NCBI GenBank assembly: GCA_026023565.1
Contig: JAPETS010000014.1
Location: forward strand, 186,001 to 250,000
Direction of reading: 5' to 3'
DNA from: Cirrosporium novae-zelandiae
Taxonomy: Eukaryota
DNA length: 64,000 nucleotides
The translations under genes were made by a program, and so were the position numbers. The notes beneath the pieces were generated by a model. That model made no database searches. It had not been told where the DNA came from and saw nothing but the letters and a program-made list of their open reading frames with translations. Shown here piece after piece: positions 25,778-39,491 of the stretch. Numbering within the stretch: position 1 is the first letter of the stretch; each line of letters opens with the position of its first letter.

Positions 25778-27123
25778 ATGACTGAGAAGAAAGGGGACGC
25801 TTCCCCACCACAGAAAAAAGCAGAGTATGTTACTCTTCCCTTAGCAAGATACATTTCCCTGCAGCACTTACAGGAAAGGAACAAAAGAAGAAAACTAGAG
25901 AGCTAACATGTCCCCTTTCTTTCCCTCCTCTGTAGCTTCCCTCCCGTGCGAGCCTGTCTCTTTGACATGGATGGCCTCCTCATCGATTCCGAAGACATAT
26001 ATACACTTGTTACAAATATCATACTGAGAGAGCACGGAAGACCTGATTTGCCATGGCACATCAAGGCGCAATTGCAAGGACGACCTGGCCCCGAAGTGAG
26101 AGGCCCACATAAAACCGACAGAAAAAAAAAGAACCTCAGGAAAACCCGCTAACTACCATCACCTTCCCCCAACAGGCCTCAAAAATATTCCACACCTGGG
26201 CACAGCTTCCTCTCGATCTATCGGAGTATAACTCCCGCCTCGCCTACCTCCAACAGCAACATTTCCCATCCACTGCCCCTCTCCCAGGCGTTCCTTCCCT
26301 CCTACAGACTCTTTCCACCTCCCCTAGCAAAGTCAATCTCGCCCTCGCCACATCCTCGCATGCTAAAAACTTCACCCTCAAAACCACCCATCTACAAGAT
26401 CTGTTCAGTGTATTTCAGGGAGAGCAACGAGTGTTGGGTGACGATCCACGTGTGGAACGCGGCCGCGGAAAGCCCTGTCCAGATATCTACCTCCTCGCAC
26501 TCGAAACTATCAACGCCCCGATTCGCAGGCGAAACGCTACAAGAAAAGAGAAGAATCAGGGAGAAGAGCTGGAGAAAGAAGTATCTCCCCACGAATGTCT
26601 CGTTTTTGAAGATAGCGTCCCTGGAGTTGAAGCTGGCCGTCGTGCTGGCATGCGCGTGATCTGGTGTCCCCATCCAGGACTGCGGAAAGAATACGCAGGG
26701 CGAGAGCGCGAGGTCCTTACAGGAACATCTACACCTTCTAGCAAGGAAGCAATGGAAGCTGTTAATGCGCTCAACGAAGATGCGCTTAAGGGCATCAAAG
26801 ATGTTTCAATTGATGACGTGTTGAAAGCACAAACGGCGGGCACGAACGAGACGTTGAAGAGTTGGTCTGGAAATGTCACCCCTGGAGGGGGAAGCGCTAC
26901 TCTTAAGAGTTTTGCAGCAGGGCTGGGAGATGGGAGCAGCGGGACTGGGATGGAGACACCACGGCCAGATGTCAGCGAAGAGGAGATCGAGAAGGCAATA
27001 GATGGCACCATAAGCGCGCTAGATGATGGGTGGGCTGAATTGCTCGATACACTAGGGGACTTTAATTATACGAAATATGGGATCGCAGTACCAACATGCG
27101 CGGATGTTAAGCAAAAGTCATGA
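25778..27123 (+). CDS. HAD-superfamily hydrolase, HDHD1/pseudouridine-5'-phosphatase (YKL033W-A)-like
   Basis: Motif I ACLFDMDGLLIDSE, ALATSS, RGKPCPDIY, CLVFEDSVPGVEAGRRAGM; two introns (~25825-25935, ~26096-26175). Confidence 0.88.
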
Positions 27124-27750
27124 GAAATATTTGTGAGCAACTATAGGCTATGGAGAAGAGATCATCGGGTATTTGGTTGCAGGGACATTAAGCCAGGTTA
27201 TTCCCAGAGAGTCTAGGGAGGTATATCGACACTCCTACGACAGCTACTAGACTTTGCATGAAGATACTATGAGATACCCAAAAGTCAAACAGGTTTTAAA
27301 ATCAGCATATTTCAAAAACGCTACTTTCATCTTGAAACCTTCCCCGTATACTCTTATGATGTGTTATTAAATATCCATTCCATATCGAGAGCCAGGCTTG
27401 AATATCTTCCTTCATATTCATACCTGACCTATCCAAACGCCCGGTTATTGTGACATGCCCCAGAAATTAAGCAGCCACTCCAAAGATTAATCACTCCAAT
27501 TAGAAAGTAAAAAAACTCGGATACTTCGCGAGCGAAGGTCCAAAGAGAAATCAATGCCCTCCCAGTCCAATCGATAGAACAACGCCGCTACGCCGCGCTT
27601 GTGCCATATTAATAGAATAATGGTATGATTGTGCTGGCTGTTCATTGAAGCTACCAGTCATAGGTAATTGAGCAATGGCTTTGAGTGCTTCACATAGTGA
27701 ATTGGCAACATCACAACAATCTCATGCCGAGATTATTAGAGCGTCGTAAG

Positions 27751-29251
27751 TTAGTAGTCTATTGCGTTAGAAGATCCGAGTCGCTCAGTTGAATCCACAA
27801 TCCTAAGAATTTGTTCATCAATGCAAGTCTCAGAGAATTTATCGGAGAATCATTAAATGGATAATGACTTACATATACTGCTTTGTCAACGTCCCCTCTC
27901 CACCATTTTCCAAATCAATACTGAAAACCAAGAAACTTCCCTCGCTCGTCACAACCATGACCTGAGGGCTATTACTACACATGGCCACTTCGCTTCTCAT
28001 TGGTGCAGTGCTTCCTCCAACCGCTCCACCCTGTGCCCCATGTCTGGGCAATTTAAACCACGCGAAGTCTCTTGAAGGTTCCCACATTTCGGTAACACCT
28101 TTAGGCAGGTAGCCGCCAACGGTCGCAGCGAAAGTAGAACCAACGGTTTGAGACGTGCGTCGAATCATACCAAAAAGTGTACCATTGGGTTTGCGGGCGC
28201 TAAGCAAAGTCTGGTCGGAAGGGTCGGGATCTTGTGTACCATAAGAGGGTGAAAGATTCCGACCGCCACTGTGGCTACCATCATCTCTTGTAGGTTCATG
28301 GGATGAGGATGAAGAGCCTGGGGCCATTCTATCATGAGGTTGACCGAGTTTAAAAACATGTATAGTTTCTGTGGCTGAAGAAACACAGAGGAGAGTTGAA
28401 GCAGTATTGAAGCTCATGCTATATATGCGCGCGGGCATAGAGCCTCTTCTGAATTGGTAAAGTTTATTGGCGCCGGGGACGGAAAATACGCGGATAATTG
28501 TACCTTTGTCCGAGGCTGTAGCTATTAGAGTCCCATCATTATTGAATTTTATGCAAGAAAGAGGTGAGCGGTGCGCTTCAACAACATTGACAGCCTCGAG
28601 ATTTACAGCGTCAAAAAGAAGGACATCGCCCGTTGTAGGAGTAACATGGGCATTATGGGTAGGTGGAGCATGTGATGGTGGGTTGAAGGAGGACGGAGGG
28701 GCCTTTTGAGGGAGAGGGTAAGCTAGGTAGCAGTTTTCGGCCGATGGTGAGAGGGCGCATATCGCGGCAGGATTTGGTGATGTCTCAATCGTGTAAAGGA
28801 GTTTCATGTTGCTAATGTCATATAGGTATATCTGGTCCTCGAGGACCACCACCAGACGTTTCCGGTTTAGCCGCACAGCCAGTACTTTCGTCGGGAAGGT
28901 GAGTTCGCATATGGTAGAATTGCGCTAGATTCCGATCAACATAATGTGTTATTATACAGGCAGGGTGGAGAAAAGGCAAGTTATATTAACCTTGGTATTG
29001 GTGATCTGTAGCCGTCTTGGGGAAGTTATGAGTGCCACGAGGGAAGTCGAGAAGAGCATCTCCAGCATAGAGATATTGCCCTCTTTCGTTTCGAAACATT
29101 TCGAGAAAGGGTCGGTGGTATAGATGCGGAAGCCTCGCTGGGTGCCTGAGACTTTATCAGTATCAGTAGACAGTATGCTACTGGGAAGACAGTACTCACC
29201 AACAGCCAGGTGGCTGTAATCCTGGTTGAAGGTCACAAAATTCATAGCCAT
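27751..29251 (-). CDS. ATG18: Autophagy PROPPIN WD40 protein Atg18
   Basis: [42 protein letters not shown], phosphoinositide-binding FRRG (LYQFRRGS), RDFAW; three introns; last exon ends ...NAIDY*. Confidence 0.96.
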
Positions 29252-29806
29252 CTTAGCGAGGAGAATCACAGCAGGTTACAATGGCCCAGTTGTTCAAGGT
29301 AGGCAGACGGTAATTTTAGGTTATCGTTGTAGCTTAACAGTCCAATCTAGGATAGGGCCAAAAACCAAGGGTTGAATATTCTGGGGTTTTGGATTTCCTG
29401 CGACAAGGTCCCAAGGTAATGGGTATCAACGGCATCTAACATGGTAATTCCTAAATGAATCTGCGGGAAAAGAAGGGATGGTTAGGTAATTTAAGAGGAT
29501 GTTGATGCAAGGTCACAGAGACAAGAGTTGAAAAAGGCACAGATGCCCGAAGGTCAATGAATGGTCCCGATACCATGTCATAGCGCGGTTAGAACAGGAG
29601 GATGATGCACTTCAACCTACACAGCAAGGCACCTGAGGCACTAAGGCAACATCACACTTATGACACTAAAGCACTTGCACAATTAGGGTCCAATTAGGGC
29701 AACACAGGGCTCCACATAAAGCAGGGACCACACCTTAATTTTCTATCTAGAAAAACATCTGGAAATCCATCCAAACTTATAAGATATCATCCCCTTCCCC
29801 AATATC

Positions 29807-32800
29807 ATGGTTCCAAATAAGGATTCAGTCCATCCAATGCCATCAATGAATTCAAAAAAAGCTCAGCAAGATGCCTCAATTATGGGTGTAGGCAAATCTA
29901 GTTCTATCTAGTATCCAGTCATTCGCTAACTAGATTCTCTACTGTTTTACTTGCAGACAAATAATAGCAGCATTGTCTCTAAACGTGCTGTTGAACGTCT
30001 GTACTATCCCGAACCACATTTTTTCCGCTACTTCGTAAAGAAACCGCAAAGACGTTCTCCTTTGATCAATCGCGGTTACTGGCTGCGAATGCAGGCTGTT
30101 GAACATGCAGTGTGCCAATTTCTGCAAGTACCAACAGATAAGACCAAAGTTGTCATAAATCTGGGGTGCGGATAGTGAGTATGATTGTCTTCTGCTGTTT
30201 GTTAAGGAGATCAATTTGTTCAACTCCATACAGTGATCCTTTACCGTTTCATTTCCTCTCAAAACACTCTAATATCTGCGACAATGCAATATTCATTGAT
30301 GTTGATTACCCTGATCTCATCAAGAAGAAATATGATATGCTCTCTCAGACTAGTCCTCTACAACAATCTTTAACAGGCATTGATCTGAACCCAAACACCG
30401 AACATGTAACCTTCAAAAGTGATCAATATGTTGCTATCGCTTGCGATTTGCGAGAACTTGAGAAATTGGAAAGCACTCTTGAAAGGGCGATAGACCTCCC
30501 AAACTCTTGGCTTTATTTTACAGCAGAGGTCTCAGTAACATATATGGATATTGATGCTGCAAATAATCTCTTCAAATGGGCCTCTAAATTTCAAAATGGT
30601 CGGTGTATTGGAGATACTGGCCTATCAACTTTTGCTAACCTAAAGATATGGAATAGCAAAATTTTGTCTCCTTGAGCAATTCCTGCCAGACGGGCCTGAA
30701 AACCCCTTCTCAAAAACCATGCTTAAGCATTTCGAAAAAATTCAGACTCCGCTAAAGTCTGTTTATACGTATATGTCCCTAGAGGACCACCGCCAGCGCT
30801 TCCTGGAAGCTGGTTGGAGGTCTGCGTCCATTCAAAACTTATGGGATCTATGGCAAGACGAATCATTCCTCACTGCTAAGCAGCGAACAGATCTTGATCA
30901 AGTTGAGCCTTTCGATGAGTGGGAAGAGTTTGCATTATTTGCATCACACTACTTCTTATTGCTTGCTGAGAATATTGACCATCCTTTAGAAGCTAACCCG
31001 AGCGTAGAACAGCTTTTATCACTTTCTACCATCAGAATTAATTCAAGCTACAGAGAAAACCCAAAGCTTCTAGGAAGGCGGAGATATGGTGCCGCCATTC
31101 CTTTTAGTTCTGATCTGGTTGGTCTTCATGGAGGTTTCGGGTTAAAGACTCGTATGAATTCTATTGATTTCTATACCCTTTCTGACAAAAACACGAAACC
31201 TCCAAGACTAAATCCGTCATACATCCATCCACGCATGTGTCACACGATTGCTTCCCTTGACAATAGATTTAGCTTACTAGTTGGTGGTAGAGAATCACCG
31301 GAAAAGGCTTTTGCTGATTGTTGGCTTTACAACGGCAACGCATGGTCTCGAGTGGATGACTTGCCCGTAGGAAGATACCGACATTCTGCTATTGCCATTC
31401 GAAAATCCGACGGGTCACCAGCAGTCCTGGTAGGTGGCGGCAAAGACAGCTCTGGACAGATTCTTGATGACTGGCTCCTATGGTCCGCCTCCAAGGGCTG
31501 GGAAGTTTTAGATGTTACCGGCTCAAAACCTACGCCACGATTTGGAGCGTCCATGGCTATAGTTGGACAACACTCTGGAATACTAACCGGAGGCATTACG
31601 AAGAATGGCATTGTATGCCCCAAACATAACATATGGAATATCTCTTGGGATGGTGATAGGTCCTCCATCCATTTCAGCAACTTCTCTTTGGGGCTAAACG
31701 AAAGTAATGCTTATGAAAACGTGATATCCAGGTTTGGTTCGATGCTGGCTTGGTCGAGATGGGGCTTGTTGTTAGTAGGGGGAATTGGAATACATGGAGT
31801 ATTAACCAAAGACGTCGAAATTATCTGTATCGATAAGGGAAGGTTGATTGAAAGTATATCAGAACCCAGCAAGAGTCTCCCAGACGTCGCCATATACCAA
31901 TGTGTGGGAGCATTCGAAAAGAGATGTCGACCACTGCTTATAGGCCATTCTATATCAACTAGTAATTTAGATGCAGTCCAAGTCTTAGGAGGGGGGGCAG
32001 TATGCTTTTCCTTTGGCTGTTCATGGAATGAAGGGACTTGGACTTTAACAGACGATCAGGCCGACTCTGGAAAGTCATGGACATTGGTTTCACCAGAGCC
32101 AACGATTACGTCAACTGATGAAGATCATCCAGTTCAAGGTCTTGATACGGCGAGTACAGCAGGGCCAGTCCGCTTCAAAGTACGCAGAGTTAGGCTGGCT
32201 TCACCCAGAGATTTTGAAAAAATTATACACGAGAGCCACCCTGTCATCCTTGAGGGTTTATGTATTGGGGATTGCACCAAAAAGTGGACGATAAATTATC
32301 TCAAGCAAGCCGTTGGAATTGATAAGCAGGTAAGATAGCGAAAGGATAATTTTGTTTCGACGAAGCCTGACCTGTAACAGGTAACCGTTCATGAAGCATC
32401 CGCTGGGCAACTGGATTTCCAGACCAAGAACTTCTCTTATGTTGTGAAACCATTCGGGGTATTTCTAGACCAGATAAGCCATGCTCAAGGCAAACAGTAT
32501 CAATACATGCGATCAATGGCATCAGAGCAGCCGGCTGAACAGGCTACACGTCTGATTCAAGATTATCCAGAGCTTGCAGCAGACTTCAAATTACCTCCAG
32601 AATTGGAACGGGTTTCAGTGCATGAGCATAGCTCACCATTGAGAATCTCCGGGCCCGTGACACTCTGGCTACATTACGATGTGAGTTCAGAATGAATAGA
32701 ATAGCCATAAGGGCAGAGCTAACGATCTAGGTAATGGCAAACGTATATTGCCAAGTTCGAGGGACCAAGGACTGGCTCCTCTTTCCACCATCAGATATCA

Positions 32801-33189
32801 GTCATTTACAGTTTCCTCCTGGGTATACAACGTCTCGATTGGATGCATTTGCCAGGCCACCGAAGGTGCATCCATCTCTAGCTCATACGCATTCATACGA
32901 AGCCTCGTTGTCTTCTGGTGACGTCCTTTTCTTCCCTCCCCTTTGGGCACATACGACATCGACGACGTCAGGGTTTAGCATTGGGGTCAATGTGTTCTTC
33001 AGAGATTTGGAAAAAGGATATGCAGCCGGGAGAGACGTGTATGCCAATCGAGACATCCAGGCATATGAAAAAGGAAGGAAGGATATCGACAAGATGGCGA
33101 GGGCGTTTCAGGGAATTCCAGTGGAGATGCGACGATTCTACTTGGAGAGGCTAGCGGACGAACTACGGATGAAAGCGAAGGAAAATTAA
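29807..33189 (+). CDS. PPM2: tRNA wybutosine-synthesis protein Tyw4/Ppm2 (LCM methyltransferase + Kelch) fused to C-terminal JmjC (Tyw5-like) domain
   Basis: [44 protein letters not shown]; Kelch GG repeats; JmjC LWLHYD|VMAN...PPLWAH; five introns. Confidence 0.92.
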
Positions 33190-34962
33190 GGTTTCGATTG
33201 ATTTCGATGATCGGAAGCATCACATCAACGGCTGAAGGAAGAGGTCAATTTAGACTACATTAGCTGCACGGCGGGGGGGGAAGCAAATAAGGTTGGCACG
33301 AAATTGATCAGTGGCGAGTAGGAGCGAAGCACCAAAGGTAGACATTCGGCCAGGGTATGACAGTGAGTGTGTGGGGACTGGGAAGAGAGAGGGATGGGCG
33401 AGATGATATACAAAGAAGATTCTACATAATTCTCCAACCTCCAGGTACTTTTAGATGTTTGGGCTCAAAACTTTCTAATATTTCCCCATTCATTTTGAAG
33501 GGTGGTGGAGAAGTGCGAACGTGGCAGAATGACAGAAAGATGGCAGACTGGCAGAACAAAATAGGATGGGCAGGATGAGCAGGATGGATGGGATGGGACA
33601 GACGAACAGATGAACACATGCAGTTTTGGGAGAATAGGAAAGGCCAACCTAATGCAGGCAACCTCAACCTCGGATTAAGTGGCAAGGGTGTTTTGGGAAC
33701 CCCGCTTTCGTCAGAGGTGTCTTGAGGATCAACTTGAACTTCAACCTTCAACTTTACTACACAGTGCATGTTAGTTAAAGGTAACACAAGCCCTACGCAA
33801 CAGTACCCAGCAGTGCCCAATCTTCCAGTGTCTTAGGTTAACGACTAGATGGAATGATGGAATGGTTTCAGATAGATAAGATAGGTGAAGATCGAATAAT
33901 ACAAGTTAGAAGGGAGAAGGAGATAGTGGTGATAACTAGTCTAGTCTAGCAAAAAGAAATGCTTGGGTTCAGTTTGTGCTTGGCATCATGCAGAGTTTCA
34001 CAACATCTGGTTCTACTCGAGTAGTCGATGAACGCAGAAGAGAAAGCAGAGACAGAGACAGGGAGGAGTTCAGTGATTGGCACAAGATTTTGTAGAGGGG
34101 GGTAGAGGGGTGGTAGGGTCATGCATGGGCTCCTCGGAACCGGGTGTCAGCAAAGCCCCGACACCAAAGACAAAAAAAATGTGACGAATCAGAAGGAGTC
34201 GTTTAGATAGTTTAGAGCAACTAGGCTAATGCAAAATGGATGGCAGACGCGGGGCAAGGTCGCCCCATCTCTCCCTGTAAAGTTTGCCTACTTGAAAGTG
34301 GAGGAAGCACACTTGAGCGAAATTGATAACGGCCAGATAATAATAAGAACTTCCTAGCACACATATATCTGCCTGTATTTATTCCTAACTGATTAAATCT
34401 CGAGTAATCTCCAATTGATTATTCCACTTCTTTTTTTTTTTTTGGAGAAATTGTTCAACCACTGCTTTCGCCCCTTGTAACTAACTAAATATTTCATCCT
34501 CCTCTTACCTCTTACCTGTTTGAACCGACCCCCTCCTTGAACGTCTCCCTTGCCTCTAATCTTTGCAACTTTAAAGACTGTGTTCCAGCTGCGTCCACCA
34601 AAGTGCCCACTATCCCACTATCGCATGACACCTTTGGTTCTGCCTCTACAACCCCCCCCCCGCCCCCCCCGTGAGTTTCACGCTCTAACATTTCCAGAAA
34701 TTGATATTATGTGGGCCTCCCTCAAATATCTTTATTTCTCTTTCTTTTCCTCCTATTTTCCTCTTCCTCCTCCTTCTTTTATCGAAATTGATGCTAACAA
34801 TTCATCTGGTTCTATAGATTCTTGTACAACAGCAACAACAGCAACTTTGGCGTTCAACACGTTTGAGGTCCGAATGGAAATGTAGTTCATTCATATCCAA
34901 AGGCTTTCTTCGAATCTGTTCAGCTCTATAAAAAGTGGCACAAAAAGCAAACTTGGATAGCC

Positions 34963-37141
34963 ATGATGGCAACAGTCATTGTTGAACAACCTCCGTTTCG
35001 GCAGTCTCCGACACCTCCTCCATTGACGTCCCCCATCAAACTTGATGCCTCGATGAGATCTCTTCCGAGCCCAGTCCCCAATAAGCATCTCCCTAAATGT
35101 CCTACTGGACCAGCTCCGGCTTTGAGACCATCTTTGGTCACTCCCCCCGCATCCCCACCTTCTAAATACCCCACCATTCAGACCACCTCTATTCTTTATC
35201 CTCCAGATGACTATCTGAAGGTACATGATTTGCCGCCAATCTATGTCATTGACGCCAAGACCCTTGCATCTGCGCTTGATCATCTAGCAACACAGCCACT
35301 CCCAGAAGCGAAGCAAGTCTTCCCATGGTTACATGGACTTCATCCAGAAAACCATGTCCAACTGTCCTTTTTCATCGCGAGGCGGAGATCATTACGCAGA
35401 ACTCCAAAATGTGTACGGGGAATCACTGTGGTTAAATGTGGAGGAGATCTAACTTGTTCGAAACTGAAGGGTGCTATATCCCCAGAAGAGATCTTGGTAT
35501 CATCAAACGATGAACCACCTGCATTAATGCAAGTTGATCCAAAAGACGGCTTCTCGGTGAGGAACTTTCAGATACAGACTGGGAAAATGGCAACATTATC
35601 AGACATTGTTATCTATGGCGACCAATATGCCACCAAAGAACGGCTTTTGATGCTTGCAAAGCAGTTTTCAGAAGCACAGTTGGCATTGAAACTTCGTTCA
35701 GACTCACTAGATCCTGTAACTTACAATACTTTCATCGTATCAACTCCTTTTAGCGAGTTTGAAAGGCGTTTTCCTGAACTGGTGGCAATTGACTCTCGAG
35801 GTCAAATGACTGATCGGATCATGGATTTTTTCCATTGGGAACGGTTTGAAATGTGTGATATGTCCAAAGCATCAGAGATAGCACCAAATATCTGGCAAGG
35901 GCCAACTCCTGGCGACTTTACTACAGATGATGAAAGCTTTGATATACTCATTGAAGCCAGTGATCTAGCCCAGATTCCCAGTCCACAGTTACTCAAGCAG
36001 ATTAGCGAAGAGAGTCAAACATCTCCCAGTCGATTGGAGTTTCCATCATCAGGAAGTATCATGCCCCCTACATGGTCTCAAGCAGAAGTTGATGGTTTGC
36101 TTGATACATGTCGATGGATGTATGAATTAGCGAACCCTGATTCTGTTCAAGACAGCAATCTCCCCGAAACGGATCAAGACGGAGACATTCACATGAAGAT
36201 ATTGTCGAAGACACCTCGGAAACTTTTGATCCATTGTACTGATGGATATACGGAAAGTTCGCTGCTTGCTTTGACGTATCTCATGTACTCGGAAGGAATA
36301 CCCGCGCATGAAGCCTGGTTAACACTTCATCGGGATAAAAAACGGAATTTTTTCGCCTACCCGTCTGATGTTGCTCTCCTTACTAGCATACAACCAAGAA
36401 TCATGCAAGAAAGTCCTAAGAAGCGTGCGCTTGATCTGAGCACCATCTCTGAGCCTGGATGGCTATCACACATGGATGGGTCTCTGCCTAGTCGAATCCT
36501 TCCATACATGTACCTAGGCAATCTCACACATGCTAATAATCCCGAATTATTAAGGGAACTTAATATCAGGCGAGTCCTCAGTATTGGCGAATACGTCAGC
36601 TGGCCAGAGGATGAGATGATGAGATGGGGAAAGGAGAATGTTCTTTTTATTAGACGAGTACAGGATAATGGCGTCGACCCTTTAACAGAAGAATTTGATA
36701 GGTGTTTGGAGTTTATTGGTTCGTATTTGTTTAACTGCCTGGTCGGCATACATGACGCTAATCGTATCCCAATACAGAAAAAGGAAAATCAGATGGTATG
36801 GCAACGCTGGTACATTGTCGGGTCGGTGTTTCACGATCTGCGACCATCTGCATTGCAGAAGTTATGAACGAGCTGGGTCTCTCATTTCCCAGGGCATAGT
36901 AAGATATTTCCAGTCGCGTCTCAAGTAGCATACTAACCACAACCTTTTCCATTGTAGTTGTTTTGTGCGTGCTCGTCGCCTAAACGTAATAATCCAACCC
37001 CATCTCCGCTTCGCGTACGAGCTTCTCAAATGGGAAGAGTACCAACAGCAGCGGCGCGGGCAGCCTCTGCGACGTGAACTTGAATGGGCAACCATTGCGA
37101 GAGAGATCGCGTTGATGAACAAACCATATTCGAGGCAATAG
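34963..37141 (+). CDS. PPS1: Dual-specificity protein phosphatase Pps1
   Basis: VFPWLHGLHPEN, GFSVRNFQIQ, SLPSRILPYMYLGNL, VQDNGVD; spliced catalytic motif VHCRVGVSRSA (intron 36719-36777); second intron ~36899-36957. Confidence 0.93.
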
Positions 37142-38370
37142 AATGCCAATTGCTACCCCTGGAGGGAATATAAGAAAAACTAGGATGGGGTCTAGTTGTC
37201 TATTATGATACTTACGTAGAATCATGATGCTATGATATTTGATGACGGACGACCGGGTCGGATCAAAGAATTCATGTGATATTCATGGTCTTGTTCTTGT
37301 TCTTGTTTTGCTGGGGAAATAGGATGATATATGAAAGGAGGTGGCTTTGATGTGGGGAAAGAGGGATTAACAGCTATTGCTGCCCACATACTCTATTCTT
37401 GCTCCGTGTGTTCTGAGTTTTTTTTTTTTTCCTCTTCTTCGTATACCTGGCGATTTGCTTCAGGCTAAATTTTCTTTCGCTTCTTGCTCGAAACAACTCT
37501 CTAGATGGGATAGGAATATGTAGTCTTGTTGCATTTGATGTTTTTGAAATGAAAGAATTCTATTTACTGGTGATGTTGAAGTCTTGAATGTGAACAGTAA
37601 ACATCTACAAAAGTTGTAATTAGTGGAATGCGGAGATGAATTTCTGTAAGTTGCGAGCCTAAAAAAGCCTTCAAACAAAATTAATTTGTATCCTTTAGGC
37701 TTTAAAAACCCTTCAAATGAAATTATGATTGAAAACTGATTTTATTTAAAAATTTGAGAGTAGGTTGCTCGAGGGTAGTTCGCATGTTTGATGGTGCATT
37801 ATACTTTTGGATATCAAACATGCGACTCACCTCTTGGGCTCTCATTCTCTCGGCCTCCGAAAAATCATTAACTGCTGTTTTGCCTTTCCTGTTAATTGTA
37901 GTTACCATTAGAATTAATTCTGAGCACAAAGTTTTTTTGCTGAGTATATAACTAGTACTTTTTTCTCTACAAATCCACATCCTTTTTACATCACATTTTT
38001 AATCCCCAATACAAATACCTATTCAACGTAAGCTGGTGATTTGCACTTACTAGGCATTCCTCTATACACGAGTATTACCCTACACTTTAAGGGTAGTGTC
38101 CAGTGTTGAAAAAAATCACCACTACCATTGCAATACTCTATCCCCAGCACGACAGGGTTTAACAAGATTACCCAGAGTGGAGTTTGTAAGTCCCCTAGAT
38201 CGTTTAACGCGAGTCAGCAAACTTCTGGGACCAGCGTGGCGCCTAAGGCACTGAAGGCTGATAAGATAAGCGTTGCGCTTAATTTTTCTCAAGATCGCGA
38301 AATCGCAAAACGTCTTTCGAGCTTTCAACACACGACGTCACAGCAAACAAACAAACAACCCACCGTCAAG

Positions 38371-38981
38371 ATGTCCGACGCCCAGCTCTACTCCGACACC
38401 TTCACCATCGACAGCATCAACTCGAGCAAATACGACCGCGTCTCCCGCCTCATGTGTCACTCCCTCGACAACACTGTTACCCTATCCCTTGACGTGAACA
38501 CCGAGCTCTACCCCTGCACTTCGCAGGAGTCATTCTCCCTCGTTCTCGCAAGCACCCTAAGTCTTGATGGGACCAAGGACGCCGAGGGCGAGGCCGCCAA
38601 GGCGTGGAGGGATGTAGGAAAAGGAACAGGCATGGGAGGCCAGGCCACATTGGCGGATATGTATGAGTATGTTTGCTACGGGAAAATCTATCGGTTTGAC
38701 GAAGGGGATGGAGAAACGATGTAAGTATTTTCTTGTTTTTTCTTTACTTGTTTTTCGCTATAGCTTGCCACCCCCTCACATTACCTTGGTCATTTCGAGA
38801 AACTCGAAGAGATTTGAAAAAAAAAAAAAAAGATTCGCTGTTTGCTAACAGTTGAACCTTGTTGCAAACTTACAGTAAAGTCTACGTCTCCTTTGGTGGT
38901 CTCCTGCTCCAGATCCAAGGCCCTTACAAGAAACTGACACCTCTACGGATCGATCACGTCTACCTATTGATGAAGAAATGA
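38371..38981 (+). CDS. RPB8: RNA polymerase I/II/III shared subunit RPABC3
   Basis: KYDRVSR, LDVNTELYP, LADMYEYVCYGKIYRF, intron 38721-38875 then IKVYVSFGGLLL. Confidence 0.96.
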
Positions 38982-39491
38982 GGAATTTTTTTTATCGATG
39001 ATTTCAAATATCTGGTTACAAGGGTTACCTTTTTTTCTTCTTCGGAAATACAATATCCCTAGCCTTTGCGATATAACTCATATAGCGCCGAACAAAAGAA
39101 GGCTGCTCCAAGTATTTTTATATGGGCTTAGAAAAAAAATTATTTCCGAGGGGAGTGGGGGGGGGGGGAAGGGGAGGATATCCTAGTGGCTTGGATTTTG
39201 AAAAAGAAAAGAGCGGATGTTTCCCTGTGTGAGGGTGTCCATGCCAATACTTTTGAAGGATACAATGTGGGATAAAGTGACTGGTTAGCTGGATAGAATA
39301 ACTAGATGGACAAGAAGGATGTGGACAATTGCATTCGGCGGTGGCGTTGGGGGTATCACATGCAGTCAATAAAAGCACATTCTATCAATCCACATCCATA
39401 TCATATCTCATCATCCCATAATATCATCAGCCCAGATCTATAACCTATAATCCACATACCCCCCTTCAGCCTAGCCCCACCCCCCCACCCA

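Noticed and set aside
37460..38100. AT-rich tract with imperfect direct repeats as a possible RIP-degraded transposon
   Set aside because: No TIR, LTR, TSD or residual transposase similarity visible
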